The translations under genes were made by a program, and so were the position numbers. This document shows, in pieces, positions 1 to 11,736 of a DNA stretch of 49,200 nucleotides (the stretch's first letter is position 1; every line of letters begins with the position of its first letter). Under the pieces are notes generated by a model. The model did no database searches, had not been told where the DNA came from, and saw only the letters and a program-made list of their open reading frames with translations. The DNA is from Octopus sinensis. Taxonomy: Eukaryota. The DNA is taken from contig NW_021834546.1 in the NCBI RefSeq assembly GCF_006345805.1, positions 1 through 49,200 on the forward strand, in the 5' to 3' direction.

Positions 1-111
1 TATACCTATATATATAAATATAGACATATATATATATACATATATATATACATATATATATAAATAATACATATATATATATAAATATATACATATATAT
101 ATTAAAATATC

Positions 112-142
<31 letters not shown>

Positions 143-154
143 AATATATATATA
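1..154. repeat. (TA)n-rich microsatellite
   Basis: Imperfect TA dinucleotide run seen directly. Confidence 0.95.
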
Positions 155-642
155 TCTATATATATAAAACTGTAGTTGTATGAGTGTCTGTCCCCTTCGA
201 TTTAGATTCCTAACTACTCCCACATTTTGCGGTGCAGTTTAACCAAATTCGGGTATCTTATAGTCGTGATTCATATCGAGCCCGTCTGAGTATTAGCGCA
301 CGTCTACGATGAGTCTACGATTTTAAAAATAATTTAGCATCATTTTTTATCCCATTTTAATGCATAATTTTTCGTGTGTCGATGGCGGCGGAGTTGGCGT
401 CCATGGTCACACTGCACCTGTTTGCTTCTCCCCCTTATCCCCTCCCTCGTGAAGCTGTGGGGAAGGGAGTGTAAGGAAATCAACGTCGTAAAGCGTTGTC
501 AAGGAGACCAGCATTCTTTTAGAACAACGATTTTTAGAACAACAGAAATGGCTAAGAAAGCCCAAATTGGCATCTATAAGGGAAGTAACTCTCTAAAAAT
601 GCTTATATAGTTATTTCCCTTATCGCCGGGCGATACTGCTAG
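155..642 (+). mobile_element. Non-autonomous Helitron
   Basis: 5' TC (155-156) after A, start TCTATATATATAAAAC; 3' hairpin TATCGCC-G-GGCGATA (621-635) then CTAG (639-642) followed by T, the A|TC...CTAG|T Helitron signature. Confidence 0.75.
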
Positions 643-690
<48 letters not shown>

Positions 691-758
691 ATATATATAT
701 AAATACACAACACACACACATTATTATATATATATATATATATATACCTCAGACGAAA

Positions 759-1649
759 ATGTCAAGAAACTGGTCTGTGAGAGAGGTGCAATTGTTCGTC
801 CGCGCTTGGAGGATTGCTGAGGACGACTCGCCGAACAATATCATTGCAGCGGCGCTGAAGAGCAATGAATTTTCAAGAACCACCGCCCAGATAGAGCGAA
901 AGAAACGAGAATTTATCCGTTCATACACTCTAATCAGGCAACATGTAGACACCCTGGACATCATCCTAGGAGGTGACGGCACCAGGGAAGGCCAAAAGGA
1001 TGAAGAAAACATCCAGAACCCAACGAGAAACAAAACCGAGAAACCTAGAACACAGGGAAACAATGACACATGTCCAGCTCCCAACACCACAACTGAAGAC
1101 CAAAGAGGTGCGATGGCCGCAAGAAAAGAAGAGCACCCTAAAATTGATGGGAAACAGGAGGTAAAAGGCGACAAAATCAAAGCTAAAAGAAACCCTGTCC
1201 AGAGAAAACAAAAGGACCCCAGCAAGAACTATAAGGGCAAAGAAAGAAACATCTGCAAATTCTACCTGAAGGGGGACTGCTGGTACGGCATCGAAGGTGC
1301 AAACTGTCGCTTTGCACATCAGAGGCCCTACCAAAACCGCACGGACGCGAGACAGGGGTCCCTCCCTTGGGGAGAACAAACAGAAAAAGAAAAATATAAA
1401 AGAAGGAAACAAAGCGCACTGACCACTCCTGAAAGATGATATGTGGATATGGTGCGCGGTAACCCAACAAATGGCCAGCTTCACCCAGATGTGAGAAGGG
1501 CAGCAGCTGAACAGCTATCTTTTTTGTGCATGGCACAAAAAATTGTTCAGCAGCTGACCTGGCTACAAGCACAAAGCTGGAACTACCACCACATAAGGCC
1601 ACCACAGACACCAACACTAACACACACAATACAAAAATATTTCTACTGA
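759..1649 (+). pseudogene. LINE ORF1 with Myb/SANT-like N-terminus and CCCH zinc finger; in-frame TGA at 1437-1439
   Basis: ORFs 759..1439 and 1443..1649 share a frame. CKFYLKGDCWYGIEGANCRFAH is C-x7-C-x8-C-x3-H. N-terminal WSVREVQLFVRAW...IAAAL...RTTAQIERK resembles Myb/SANT. Confidence 0.7.
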
Positions 1650-4608
1650 ACGTAGGAGGGTTGCTGCGTGGAAACTGTAAAAGGAAAATCTCATTCCTGG
1701 GAGACCTTGTGACATGCAATCAAGCTATATGCATGGCACTCACAGAAACGCATCTTGAACCCGATATAGGTGATGCAGAAATACACATGCTGCAATATGC
1801 AGTCATACGCACAGATAGAAAAGGGAGGAGCCATGGTGGAGTTGCAATGTACATCCGAGATGACCTCACGCCCCAGGTCCTGTTGTCATATTCAAACTCA
1901 GTGTGTGAAACTCAAATTGTACACATAAGACAACTGAATATCGTCATATGCACTACATATCGCCCACCAGATGCCCCAAATCACTCAGGCATGTTTAAAG
2001 ACTGCCTAACAAAAATAGGAGAAGTCCTCACCAACCTTGAACAACACAACAGTGTATTCTTCATGGGTGACTTTAACCTCCCCAATGTGGAATGGCCTGG
2101 GGGGCAGATGCTCCCAGGGATGACACACCATCAGCGGGCGCAGGTAGAGTCCCTGCTCCATCTCACAAATGCCTCTTTCATGGAGCAAATAGTTCTGCAA
2201 CCAACAAGGGCAGATAATATACTGGATCTCTGCTTCACAAACAATATGGATATTATCCATAATGTTAATGTGATGCCGACAATGATCTCGGATCACTACA
2301 TAATAGAGCTGTCTATGTATGGAACAAAAGCCCCCGTAGACACACAGCCTATACGAAGCATCCACCATCTCTCCAACTTAAACTTTCATAAAGCAAACTG
2401 GAAGTTGATTGAGAAAGAGATCCTCAAACAGGATTGGCCTAAATGTCTCTCCACACCGGACATAAACATGAAACACAAACACTTCATGTCCATAATACAA
2501 GCCATATGTGACAAATATGTCCTAGTGTGCAGGGCCAGCACACACAAAAACAAAAACAGGATCCCTAGAGAAAGGAAGATTCTTATGAGACAATGGACAA
2601 GGATTGCGAACCGCCTGAGCAAGCACACCAAAAGTGGTGAGAAGTCTCGGCTCGAGAGAATGCTAATGGAAACTGAGAAAAGTCTGCATCAGTCCCATGA
2701 AAAGGAGAGAGCAGATAAAGAAGCTTGGGTAATTGAAAATATAAAATCAAACCCTAAAGCTTTCTTTAAGTTTGCCAAAGAGACAGCCACAGTGCACCAG
2801 AGAATAGGACCTCTCTTCCAAAAAGATGGCTCTCTCACAGGAAATCCCACGAGGATAAGTGAAATACTGAACGAACAATTCCAAAGTGTGTTCACTACAC
2901 CCCTAGGACACAGGCAAGTAAACAACCCAGAAGAATTCTTTGCCACTTTACCTGCAGCCAAAGAGGCAAAAATTGAGTACATCAACATCGAAGATGATGA
3001 TATCACACTAGCCATAGATGAGATTGACACAAACTCAGCTGCTGGACCTGATGGATTCCCAGCGATCCTTCTCAAATCGTGCAAACAAGCCCTTGCAAAA
3101 CCACTACAGCTTCTTTTTCAGAGCTTTCTTGCAAGTGGTAAGCTCCCAGTCAAATTGAAAGAGGGGGTAATATGCCCTATCCATAAGGGAGGTAGCAGAG
3201 CAGATGCTAAAAATTATAGGCCTATCTCTCTGACCTCACACATCAGCAAAGTCATGGAACGAATAGTCTGTAAGAAACTAATCATGTTCCTTGAAGAAAA
3301 TGACTTGCTGTCTGACACCCAGCATGGATTTCGACCATGTAGAAGCTGCCTAACACAGCTCCTGCAACACTATGACTGGGTGTTGAAACAGTTACTAAAT
3401 GGCTCAAATGTGGATGTAATATATCTCGACTTTGCAAAAGCCTTTGATAAGGTCGACCATGGTATGATCTGTCACAAACTGCGTGGTCTCGGCATATACG
3501 GAAAACTTGGAGAGTGGCTGCACAACTTCCTAAAAGACAGAAAACAGGCAGTTGTGAGCAATGAAGCCACCTCCAAGGAAACACAAATAGCAAGCGGTAT
3601 CCCATAGGGCACTGTCTTGGGGCCACTGATGTTCATAGTGGCCCTTTCAGACATGCCTTCAGTTGCTACGATGACCACCCTTGCTAGCTATGCAGATGAC
3701 ACAAAAGTCTCCCACGCAATACAAAACCCTGAAAATATTGTGCATCTGCAACAGGAGTTGGACACAATATACAGGTGGGCTGAGGACAACAACATGCAGT
3801 TTAATGCAGGTAAGTTCCAGGCCCTGCGCTACTGGCACACAAAGGTAAACGACGTGAAGACTGGATACACTGGCCCAGGAAGAATTGCAATCCCTGAGTC
3901 AAAATCAGTGCGTGACCTGGGCATTGACATGAGCAATGATGCATCTTTCCAAGTGCATATTGCTAATCTGGTGATAAAATGCAGACGGCTAGCTGGATGG
4001 ATTCTCCGAACTTTCAGAACAAGAGAGAAGGAGACACTGATGGTCCTATGGAAAACATTCGTCCTCAGCCGCTTGGACTACTGCTCCCAACTGTGGTCAC
4101 CACACAATATAAAACTAACAGCAGAACTCGAAGCAATTCAGAGAAGCTACACAAAAAGAAAATCGTCTCAATGCAAAATATCAGCTACTGGAAAAGACTG
4201 AAGGTATTAAACCTCTTCTCCCTAGAGCGGAGGCGGGAGAGATATGTGGTGATATACATCTGGAAAATCCTGGAGGGTCTTGTCCCAAACTTTGGCATTC
4301 AAAGTTACCCCAACCGCAGAACGGGGCGCCACTGCATGGTGCCAAGGATTCCAACATCACCATCAAAATACAGGTAAGGATACTGCAACAGCTTGGGTTC
4401 CAGAGGACCACAGCTCTTTAACATCCTCCCTAAATGCCTGAGAGACTTACATGGTGTGGATGTGGGTTTCTTTAAAACTAAACTGGATCTCTTCTTGTCG
4501 GGAGTCCCAGATGAACCTACCTCACGACAGGAGACACAGATGTGGGCAGCAGCATCAAACTCCCTTGTTGATCAAGTGCCACGTATCAGAGGTGAATTCA
4601 CAAATTAG
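1520..4608 (+). pseudogene. LINE ORF2: apurinic endonuclease + reverse transcriptase
   Basis: APE motifs LTETHL, YRPP, GDFN, LDLCF, SDH; RT motifs QHGFR, YLDFAKAFDKV, GIP*GTVLGP (TAG 3605-3607), YADD. Frameshift near 4155 and in-frame stop 4375-4377. Confidence 0.92.
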
Positions 4609-4687
4609 TGTAGCTCATTCAGCGGTGGTGCCCCAGCATGGCCGCGGCCTTCAGGCTAAAACATTTGTAAGGATTTTTAAGGATTTA

Positions 4688-4725
<38 letters not shown>

Positions 4726-4730
<5 letters not shown>

Positions 4731-5400
4731 TCATCCTCACCATTTAATGTCCGTGGTCTATGCTGGCATGGATTGAATGGTTTGATCAGAGATGGCAAGC
4801 AGGGGAACCACACTAGATTTGGCATGGCGCTGCAGCAGGTGCTTTTTACATGGTGCCAGTACAGGACTCTTGCAGGTCAATCCTCACATCAGGATGACTG
4901 GTCTTAATACTTCTGTTGTGAAGTACAGGTCTTCATGAGTACAGCAAGGCACCAGGCATCTCCTTCCTTTGTCATCTCGCCTGAAAGGTTTAACATTGTA
5001 AGATCTTTCTTCAGCGCTTCCGAGTTTCTCACTTTCATGTTTTCCATTTACTTTGAGAGATCAGTACTTCATTATGGGGCTGTTGGCATCCATCCACATC
5101 ACATGACCCAACCAATGCAGTCTTCTCTCTTGCACACAGCAACTAATTCCTTTCAGATGAGATAACAAGGACCCAGATGCTTGGTGCCTTGCTATACAGA
5201 AGAAGACTCCACAGTAGGAGTATTAAGACTGGTCTCTCTGAAGGTGAGAAGGACTCATGTCAGTGTTACGTAAAATCGCCCATATGGTGCCATGTAAAAG
5301 CGGGATGTGAAATGAGACTGGAATCTGGTGCAGCTTCCCAGTTTTGATCAAACTGTCCAACCCATGCTAGCATGAACAGGCATTAAAATGATGATGATGA
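4726..5400. mobile_element. Two decayed RTE 3' fragments head-to-head, tails outward
   Basis: Left end CATCATC..ATTTAATGTCC..ATGCTGGCATGG is the reverse complement of the RTE 3' tail; right end CCAACCCATGCTAGCATG..(GAT)n is the same tail on +. Confidence 0.6.
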
Positions 5401-5961
5401 TATTTATATATAAATATATGAGTGTGTGTCTATATATGTATATGTTTCTGCTCTCATTCTTGATCACTCTCTTTCTCTTGCTTTTTGCTTCAGGCTAGGT
5501 AACCAAACATCTCCTTTACACCCCCTGTACCTCTCTCTCTCTCTCTTGCCGGGTAACCATGTACCGCCTCTATAGCAAGACACCTGTTTCTGCCTCTATT
5601 TCTGTCACACTCTAATCTTTCATCATCTGATACAAGATCCCCCCCTCCTCTCAAAATTCCTTGTCTTGCAAGTTACTTGGTGACCCTGCAGGTGCTGGTG
5701 CTGTGTAAAAAGCATTCAGTCTATATTGTTAAGTGGTTCGCATTTCGAAGGGCATCCAGCTGTAAAAATCATGCCAAAACTGACTAGCTCTAACCTCTCA
5801 TTACCTGACACAAAGCCACCTCCTTCGCTACTACTCCCCATATCAGTTGAAGGATTTTGAGTTGCAAGTTAATATATATATATATAAAATATTAGAAAAA
5901 AACACCTTTTATCAATTCAAAATGAATAATTAAATTACACCATCTAGAAAATTACATATAA

Positions 5962-6028
5962 ATGGCGGTGCCCCAGCATGGCCACAGCTCATAAGCTGAA
6001 ACTGGAAAAATCAAAATCAATCAAAATC
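5962..6028 (+). mobile_element. Tail-only retrocopy (LINE/SINE 3' end) with 4-bp TSD ATAA
   Basis: GGCGGTGCCCCAGCATGGCC...CAGCT-CATA-AGCTG-AAAC plus AATC-type tail. Absent from the right pLTR copy, where the empty site reads CAT-ATAA-TAG; ATAA is duplicated at 5958-5961 and 6029-6032. Confidence 0.8.
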
Positions 6029-6117
6029 ATAATAGAAAAGTTAAAATTAAAATAACAATTAAAAAGTAAAGATTAAGTAAATTACAAAAATAATATAATG
6101 TATATAATAGGTAGAAA

Positions 6118-6204
6118 AACGACATGTGTTTCGCTTCTATATTTAAGAAATGATTATAGTAGTAGAGAAATCACTTGCATATAAATATAGTCGCTCATCA
6201 GGTT
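6118..6204 (-). ncRNA. Type I minimal hammerhead ribozyme in inverted pLTR
   Basis: AAC-CTGATGA-GCGACTATATTTA...TAAATATAGAAGC-GAAAC-ACAT-GTC-GTT: core, long stem II, short stem III, GUC site, 3-bp stem I. Confidence 0.7.
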
Positions 6205-6248
6205 AAAAATATAATAGAACAATTAATTAATAAATATACTTTGATATA

Positions 6249-7933
6249 TTGAAGGATATTCCTATACCATCTAGAAAAGAATATCTTTTAAAACTTATTA
6301 ATAATATTAAGGATTTTATTAATAGAATTAAACGGAAAGCCTACTATTTTAATAATAACAACATTAATGATGTAGATATTATAATTTTATTAATTCTAAA
6401 TTTAAATCTAGAAAAGAACCCCCATATAATAGAGAAATACAGATTTTAGAGGATAATATTTGGAAGGTAGTGAAAAACATTAAATTTCATAAATACCCTA
6501 ATAGACATAACGAATATTTAAGAAATTTAGCCATTAAAATTAAAAAAATGCGTAATATGGAAGGCATTATAGTAGAATCAGCTAAAACCAAGAACCTATA
6601 CAAATTAGATATTAAATTATATGATTTCCTTTTAAATAAAGAAATTAATAAAAAATATAAAATTGTTCCAGAAAATACACTATATAAATAAAGCCTCTAA
6701 ATTAATAATGATGAAATATAATTTGGATAATAAAGCTGAACCTTATGTTCCTATGCACCCTAGAATAACTTTGAAAGATCATAAAGAAAATTTTTACTCT
6801 GACCCTAAGGTTAGATTGATTTGTCCATGTAAATCAGATTTAGGTAAATTAAGTAAAATTATTCTGGATAAATACATTTATAGGTTAAATGAATTGAATT
6901 ACCTTAAACTTTGGAACTGTACTAATGATACTTTAAAATGGTTTCATAATACTAATGATAAAAATAAATCTAAATTCATTCAAATTGATATAGATAATTA
7001 TTATTGTTCTATTAATGAGATAGTACTTAATAAAGCCCTTATATTTGCTATGAATAAGGTTGAAATGACTAATGATGAAGTTAATGTTATTAAAATGGCT
7101 AGGAAATCGTTAATAAGATATAATAATAGATTATGGGCTAGGAAAGATACTAGAAACTTTTTTGATATACCTATGGGGGCACCAGATTCTGCTCAGGCTA
7201 CTGATTTAGTAGGTATTTATTTATTATTAGAACTTCAATTAGAAAATTAAAATTTTGATGGTGGTTTATATAGAGATGACATTTTATTACTTACCAGGAA
7301 TTGTACTAATAGAAAATTAGAATTATATAAAAAGAAACTTCATAATTTCTTTAAAAGAAATGGTTTAAGTATTACTATATATAATGAGAACTATAATGTT
7401 AAATATTTAGATGTTAACTTTAATTTAATAACGGGTAAAACCCAACCTTTCCATAAAATTAATGAAAATCTTAGATATTAATGCTTATAGTAATCATCCA
7501 CCTTCTGTTAAAAAATCTTTGATAAATAATGTTGGTAAAAAAATATCATTACTTTTTTATGATTTAGAGACTTTTAATATACATGCACCTTATTATAATA
7601 AAGCTTTGAATGAGGCTGGATACAATAATAATATTAAATACTTTAACATTTGTAAATGTAATTATAATTTAAAAGATAATTATTTTAATGATTTTTATAA
7701 TGATAAACCTAATTGTCTGTGTTATGATAAATCTTATTTAGGAACTTATCGCCTTAATAATATGTATTTTGATGATGAAAATCTTAAATTTAATGTTAGA
7801 ATAAAAAATAAAAAGTATAGTAATAATAATAAAAATAAAAATTAAATTAAATTAAATTCATTTAATGAAGATAATAAATTTAATAATATGGTAAATAATT
7901 TTAGTAATAATGATGATAGTTATAATAATAATT

Positions 7934-7981
<48 letters not shown>

Positions 7982-8728
7982 TTAATTATAATCATAATAT
8001 AAAAGATATAAATAAAAATAAAACTTGGTTAATTATTCCTTTTGGGACTCAGGTTAAAACAAATCTTATAAAAGAGATTTTACATCATCATTATTGAAAT
8101 ATTTATTAGAGATAATAAAAAATATAATATTTTTTCTAAAGATAATTTGGGTGTTGGATTTTCTACTACAAATAATGTTGGTAATATTTCTTCATATAAT
8201 AGTTTCAAATTAAAGAAATTTTATAAAGATAGATTTAATACTAATTCTAATTATAATAATAAAGACCAAGAGTTGATTTCTTGTACATGTAGGTATAAGT
8301 CTACATGTAAATTGAAAAATTATTGTGATTGAGATAATGTAGTCTATAGATGTAGGGTAACTATAATAGATGATAAGAATTTGAATCATCGTAATTTAAA
8401 TACTATTTATATTGGGTCTACTTCGAATAAAATTAAAAATAGAATTTCCCAACATATGTATTCTTTTAGGAATAAAAATCTTATAAACTCAACAGGTCCC
8501 AGTAAATATATTTGGGACCTTAAATTTAAATCTATTAAATTAAAATTAAATTGGGATATTATTTGTAGGGCTAAATCTTATACTATAGGGAGTAATAGTT
8601 GTTCTCTTTGTAATAACGAATTTAGGGAGATATTATTTCATAAAAATTGTGCGTTGATAAACTCTTTAGAAGAACATAAAATTAAATGTAAACATAAATT
8701 AAAGTACCTTTATAATAGATTTAAATGA
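6249..8728 (+). pseudogene. PLE RT + C-terminal GIY-YIG endonuclease, fragmented
   Basis: DIPMGAPDSAQ; GLYRDD (in frame after TAA 7248-7250); SNHPP thumb motif; CTCRYKSTCKLKNYC linker; VVYRCRV...YIGSTSNKIKNRISQH. Several stops and frameshifts. Confidence 0.88.
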
Positions 8729-10641
8729 TAAATAAATAATTATATTATTTTTAAATAAATATTATAGTAATATAAATTATTTTCAAAATAATATATATGT
8801 ATTTTATTTGATTACTTATTATTTAGACTTTAAATTTATAGTAAATGTTTTTTTTAAATTAAATAATATTTTATGTAATTATATATTATATTTAACTTAT
8901 CTTTAGTATTATTAAACCTTATCTTGTCTTATGTGGCTTATTTATTTATTATAGATATTATCTAATAGTACCAGAGTTTTTTTTACTGTTTTATTACAAA
9001 TCATATTATATTTTAAAAATAATGATGAATAATATTTGATGGTGAGTTTGAGATGAGTTTTGGGCTTCATCTGTTAGAGTCTTTAGGAAGGGTTGAATGG
9101 TAGGAAATAGTCGGCTGTGAATGAATTTGACATTAGTTGGCAGTTTGTTGTAGATTGGAATTTGTTAATGATGGTCATAATTTATAAAGATATTAATAAT
9201 GTTAATTTTTATGTTAATTATTATAATATTAATGATAATAATATTTATAATCGCGTATAGCTTGTTATAGGATCCGGGTAGTGATGATGAAAAAGTAATA
9301 CTTTATATACTATTTTTACTATTACTACTTTTATTAACTTTATTTGATTCATGAAGTTTAGATAATTCCCATATTTCATTAATAATTTCCTTTAGCCCTT
9401 TTCATTAATAGTTATGTTCTATTTTTCCATGTAACGTCTCCATGAGTTTTATTTCTTATAGACGCTAAGTAGTATTCTTTACGTTTATAAACTAGTGATT
9501 TTCTCTAATTAACTTAACGTTATTATCTCCTTTATTTTGGATTTGTATTTTGGGGGGCGGTTAGTGTTTAGCTGGGATTAATTTTGTTTTTGATATAATA
9601 ATAGGTGTCTGTTATTTTCATTTGCGTGTCTTTATAGTAGTTTCTCCGTTAGTTGTGGTTTTCTCTAATTTTTTAGTTCATGAGGCTTTAAGTTTTTTCG
9701 TCTTTTCGTATTTTTCATTCATAATAATTTTGCCACATTCATTGACTATTTATTGTATTCCACGCGATAAATTTTATAAACGTTTTTCTCGTATTTTTCA
9801 TTGTTAAATGTTTCGCTACGTTCATTAAGGATTTATTCTATTTCTTTGCACTATGCGATAATTTTAGAAACGCTTTAAAATGTATATCTCTTTTAAAAAT
9901 CAGTTACTCTTCATTCTTCACTAAAGCTAAGTCTGATTTTATCGTTTCTCTATTTCATTTGATTATTGAACTGTTGTGTTTTTGAAATTATTATTATTGT
10001 TGATATTATTTTTGTTTGAAGTAATATTTTTATTTATTTATAGTTTCTCGATAGTATTTTTACGTCCAATGTTTAATTGTTATAAAAGATTTTACGTTTT
10101 ACATATCATTTAATTTGAGAATTTATAATGGTTAAACTTTTTTCTTATAATTAGATAATATTTTCATTAAATAGTACTTTTTCTTAAATAAACTAGTTTT
10201 TATTTTAATATAATGTTTATGTTTAACTTTTTATCGTGTGATATATTAAATCTATAGATTTTATACATGGATATTAATATAACAAGTTTATATAATGGAT
10301 TTGAGTGTATTTGTACTTTTTCAAAGTTTTGATTGTATTTTCATGAATGAAATTGATTGAGTTGATTAATTAGATGCTTATCATTTTAAAATCTAGATAG
10401 ATTAATCAGAATCGTTGAACTTAGTAATTTAGTTTGCTTATCAATATTAGTTAGTTCTTGCTATTATTTTGACTTTGATCGTTTTTATTATTGTTAATGT
10501 TATTGACTGGTTTGGTAGAGGACTGGTGATTGTGATTGTACATCTTCATAGTATATTGTTCTTTGGTTTGAATATTTTAGCACCTTTCTTTAATTTGGGG
10601 TTGATAGATTTCTTACTTTCCATTAACATATTATTCTTGCT

Positions 10642-10687
<46 letters not shown>

Positions 10688-11013
10688 AAAAATTAAAAAA
10701 AATTTTTTTTATAATATATTATATTATTTATTGATATATAGGTGGATTATGTATTTGTAATACTAAATTGAAGTTAATATTATTTGATATTTAGTCTATT
10801 TTGTTACAGTTTGTTATATTAAATCTATAGATACTACACATGTATATTTATTATATGGTTAGCTTATGTAAGGAGTTTGTCTATATTTGAAACATTTCTT
10901 ATTTTGATTACAATTTAATGACTTGTAATAGCTTTGTGTATTTTATTTAATTTTAAAGTATTTAATTATTGAAGTATTATTTTATTTTTCAATTATGTAT
11001 ATTTAGAATTTTC

Positions 11014-11051
<38 letters not shown>

Positions 11052-11086
11052 GTATATTTATTAATTAATTGTTCTATTATATTTTT

Positions 11087-11173
11087 AACCTGATGAGTGA
11101 CTATATTTATATGCAAGTGGTTTCTCTACTACTATAATCATTTCTTAAATATAGCAGCAAAACATATGTCGTT
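11087..11173 (+). ncRNA. Hammerhead motif in 3' pLTR, G12 mutated to A
   Basis: AAC-CTGATGA-GTGACTATATTTA...TAAATATAGCAGC-AAAAC-ATAT-GTC-GTT; palindromic stem III ACATATGT. Confidence 0.6.
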
Positions 11174-11579
11174 TTTCTACCTATTATATACATTATATTA
11201 TTTTTGTAATTTACTTAATCTTTACTTTTTAATTGTTATTTTAATTTTAACTTTTCTATTATATGTAATTTTCTAGATGGTGTAATTTAATTATTCATTT
11301 TGAATTGAAAAAGGTGCTTTTTTCTAATATTTTGTATATATATTATATTGTGTGGAATTTGATTTAGTATTTCTAAATTGAATTCTTTTTCCTTGTAAGT
11401 TTGGATTTTATTCCCTCAAATAATAATTATATATATATATATATTAATCAGCCGAAATTGCGAAGATGATCTGGTTCTTGACTGATGACTGAGAGCTTCG
11501 AAAGTCCCGTCTGTGTGTTTTTTTGCCGTCTTCAAAATGTTTCACGTTCTTGTCCCAGTTTGTGTTTTTTTAACGTTTA

Positions 11580-11620
<41 letters not shown>

Positions 11621-11625
<5 letters not shown>

Positions 11626-11680
11626 CCCCAGCATGGCCACAGCTCATAAGCTGAAACTAGAATCAATCAATCAATCAATC
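11621..11680 (+). mobile_element. Tail-only retrocopy, same family as 5962-6028
   Basis: CGGTGCCCCAGCATGGCCACAGCTCATAAGCTGAAAC followed by (AATC)n, inside (TA)n. Confidence 0.75.

Positions 11681-11736
<56 letters not shown>

Larger units (their letters stand above)
748..4686 (+). mobile_element. Near full-length CR1/L2-group LINE, inactivated
   Basis: ORF1 plus APE-RT ORF2, 3' stem-loop at 4645-4658 and short tandem tail TAAGGATTTT; flanked by (TA)n on both sides. Confidence 0.9.
5884..11340 (+). mobile_element. Penelope-like element (PLE) bounded by ~300-bp inverted pseudo-LTRs
   Basis: About 5884-6240 is the reverse complement of about 11047-11340 apart from a 67-bp insert; both copies carry a hammerhead motif; RT and GIY-YIG remnants lie between. 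Confidence 0.85.

Noticed and set aside
749-1719. Minus-strand ORFs of 158-178 aa opposite LINE ORF1
   Set aside because: Antisense shadows of a purine-rich coding strand; hydrophobic low-complexity, no motifs.
8330-8332. In-frame TGA next to the Cys cluster of the PLE, a possible selenocysteine codon as in some Naiad PLEs
   Set aside because: It falls two residues after the last Cys, not at a Cys position; the ORF also has TAA stops and frameshifts, and no SECIS was recognised.
11478-11515. CTGATGA...GAAA hammerhead-like string
   Set aside because: No stem II pairing, no A-U stem III closure and no stem I.
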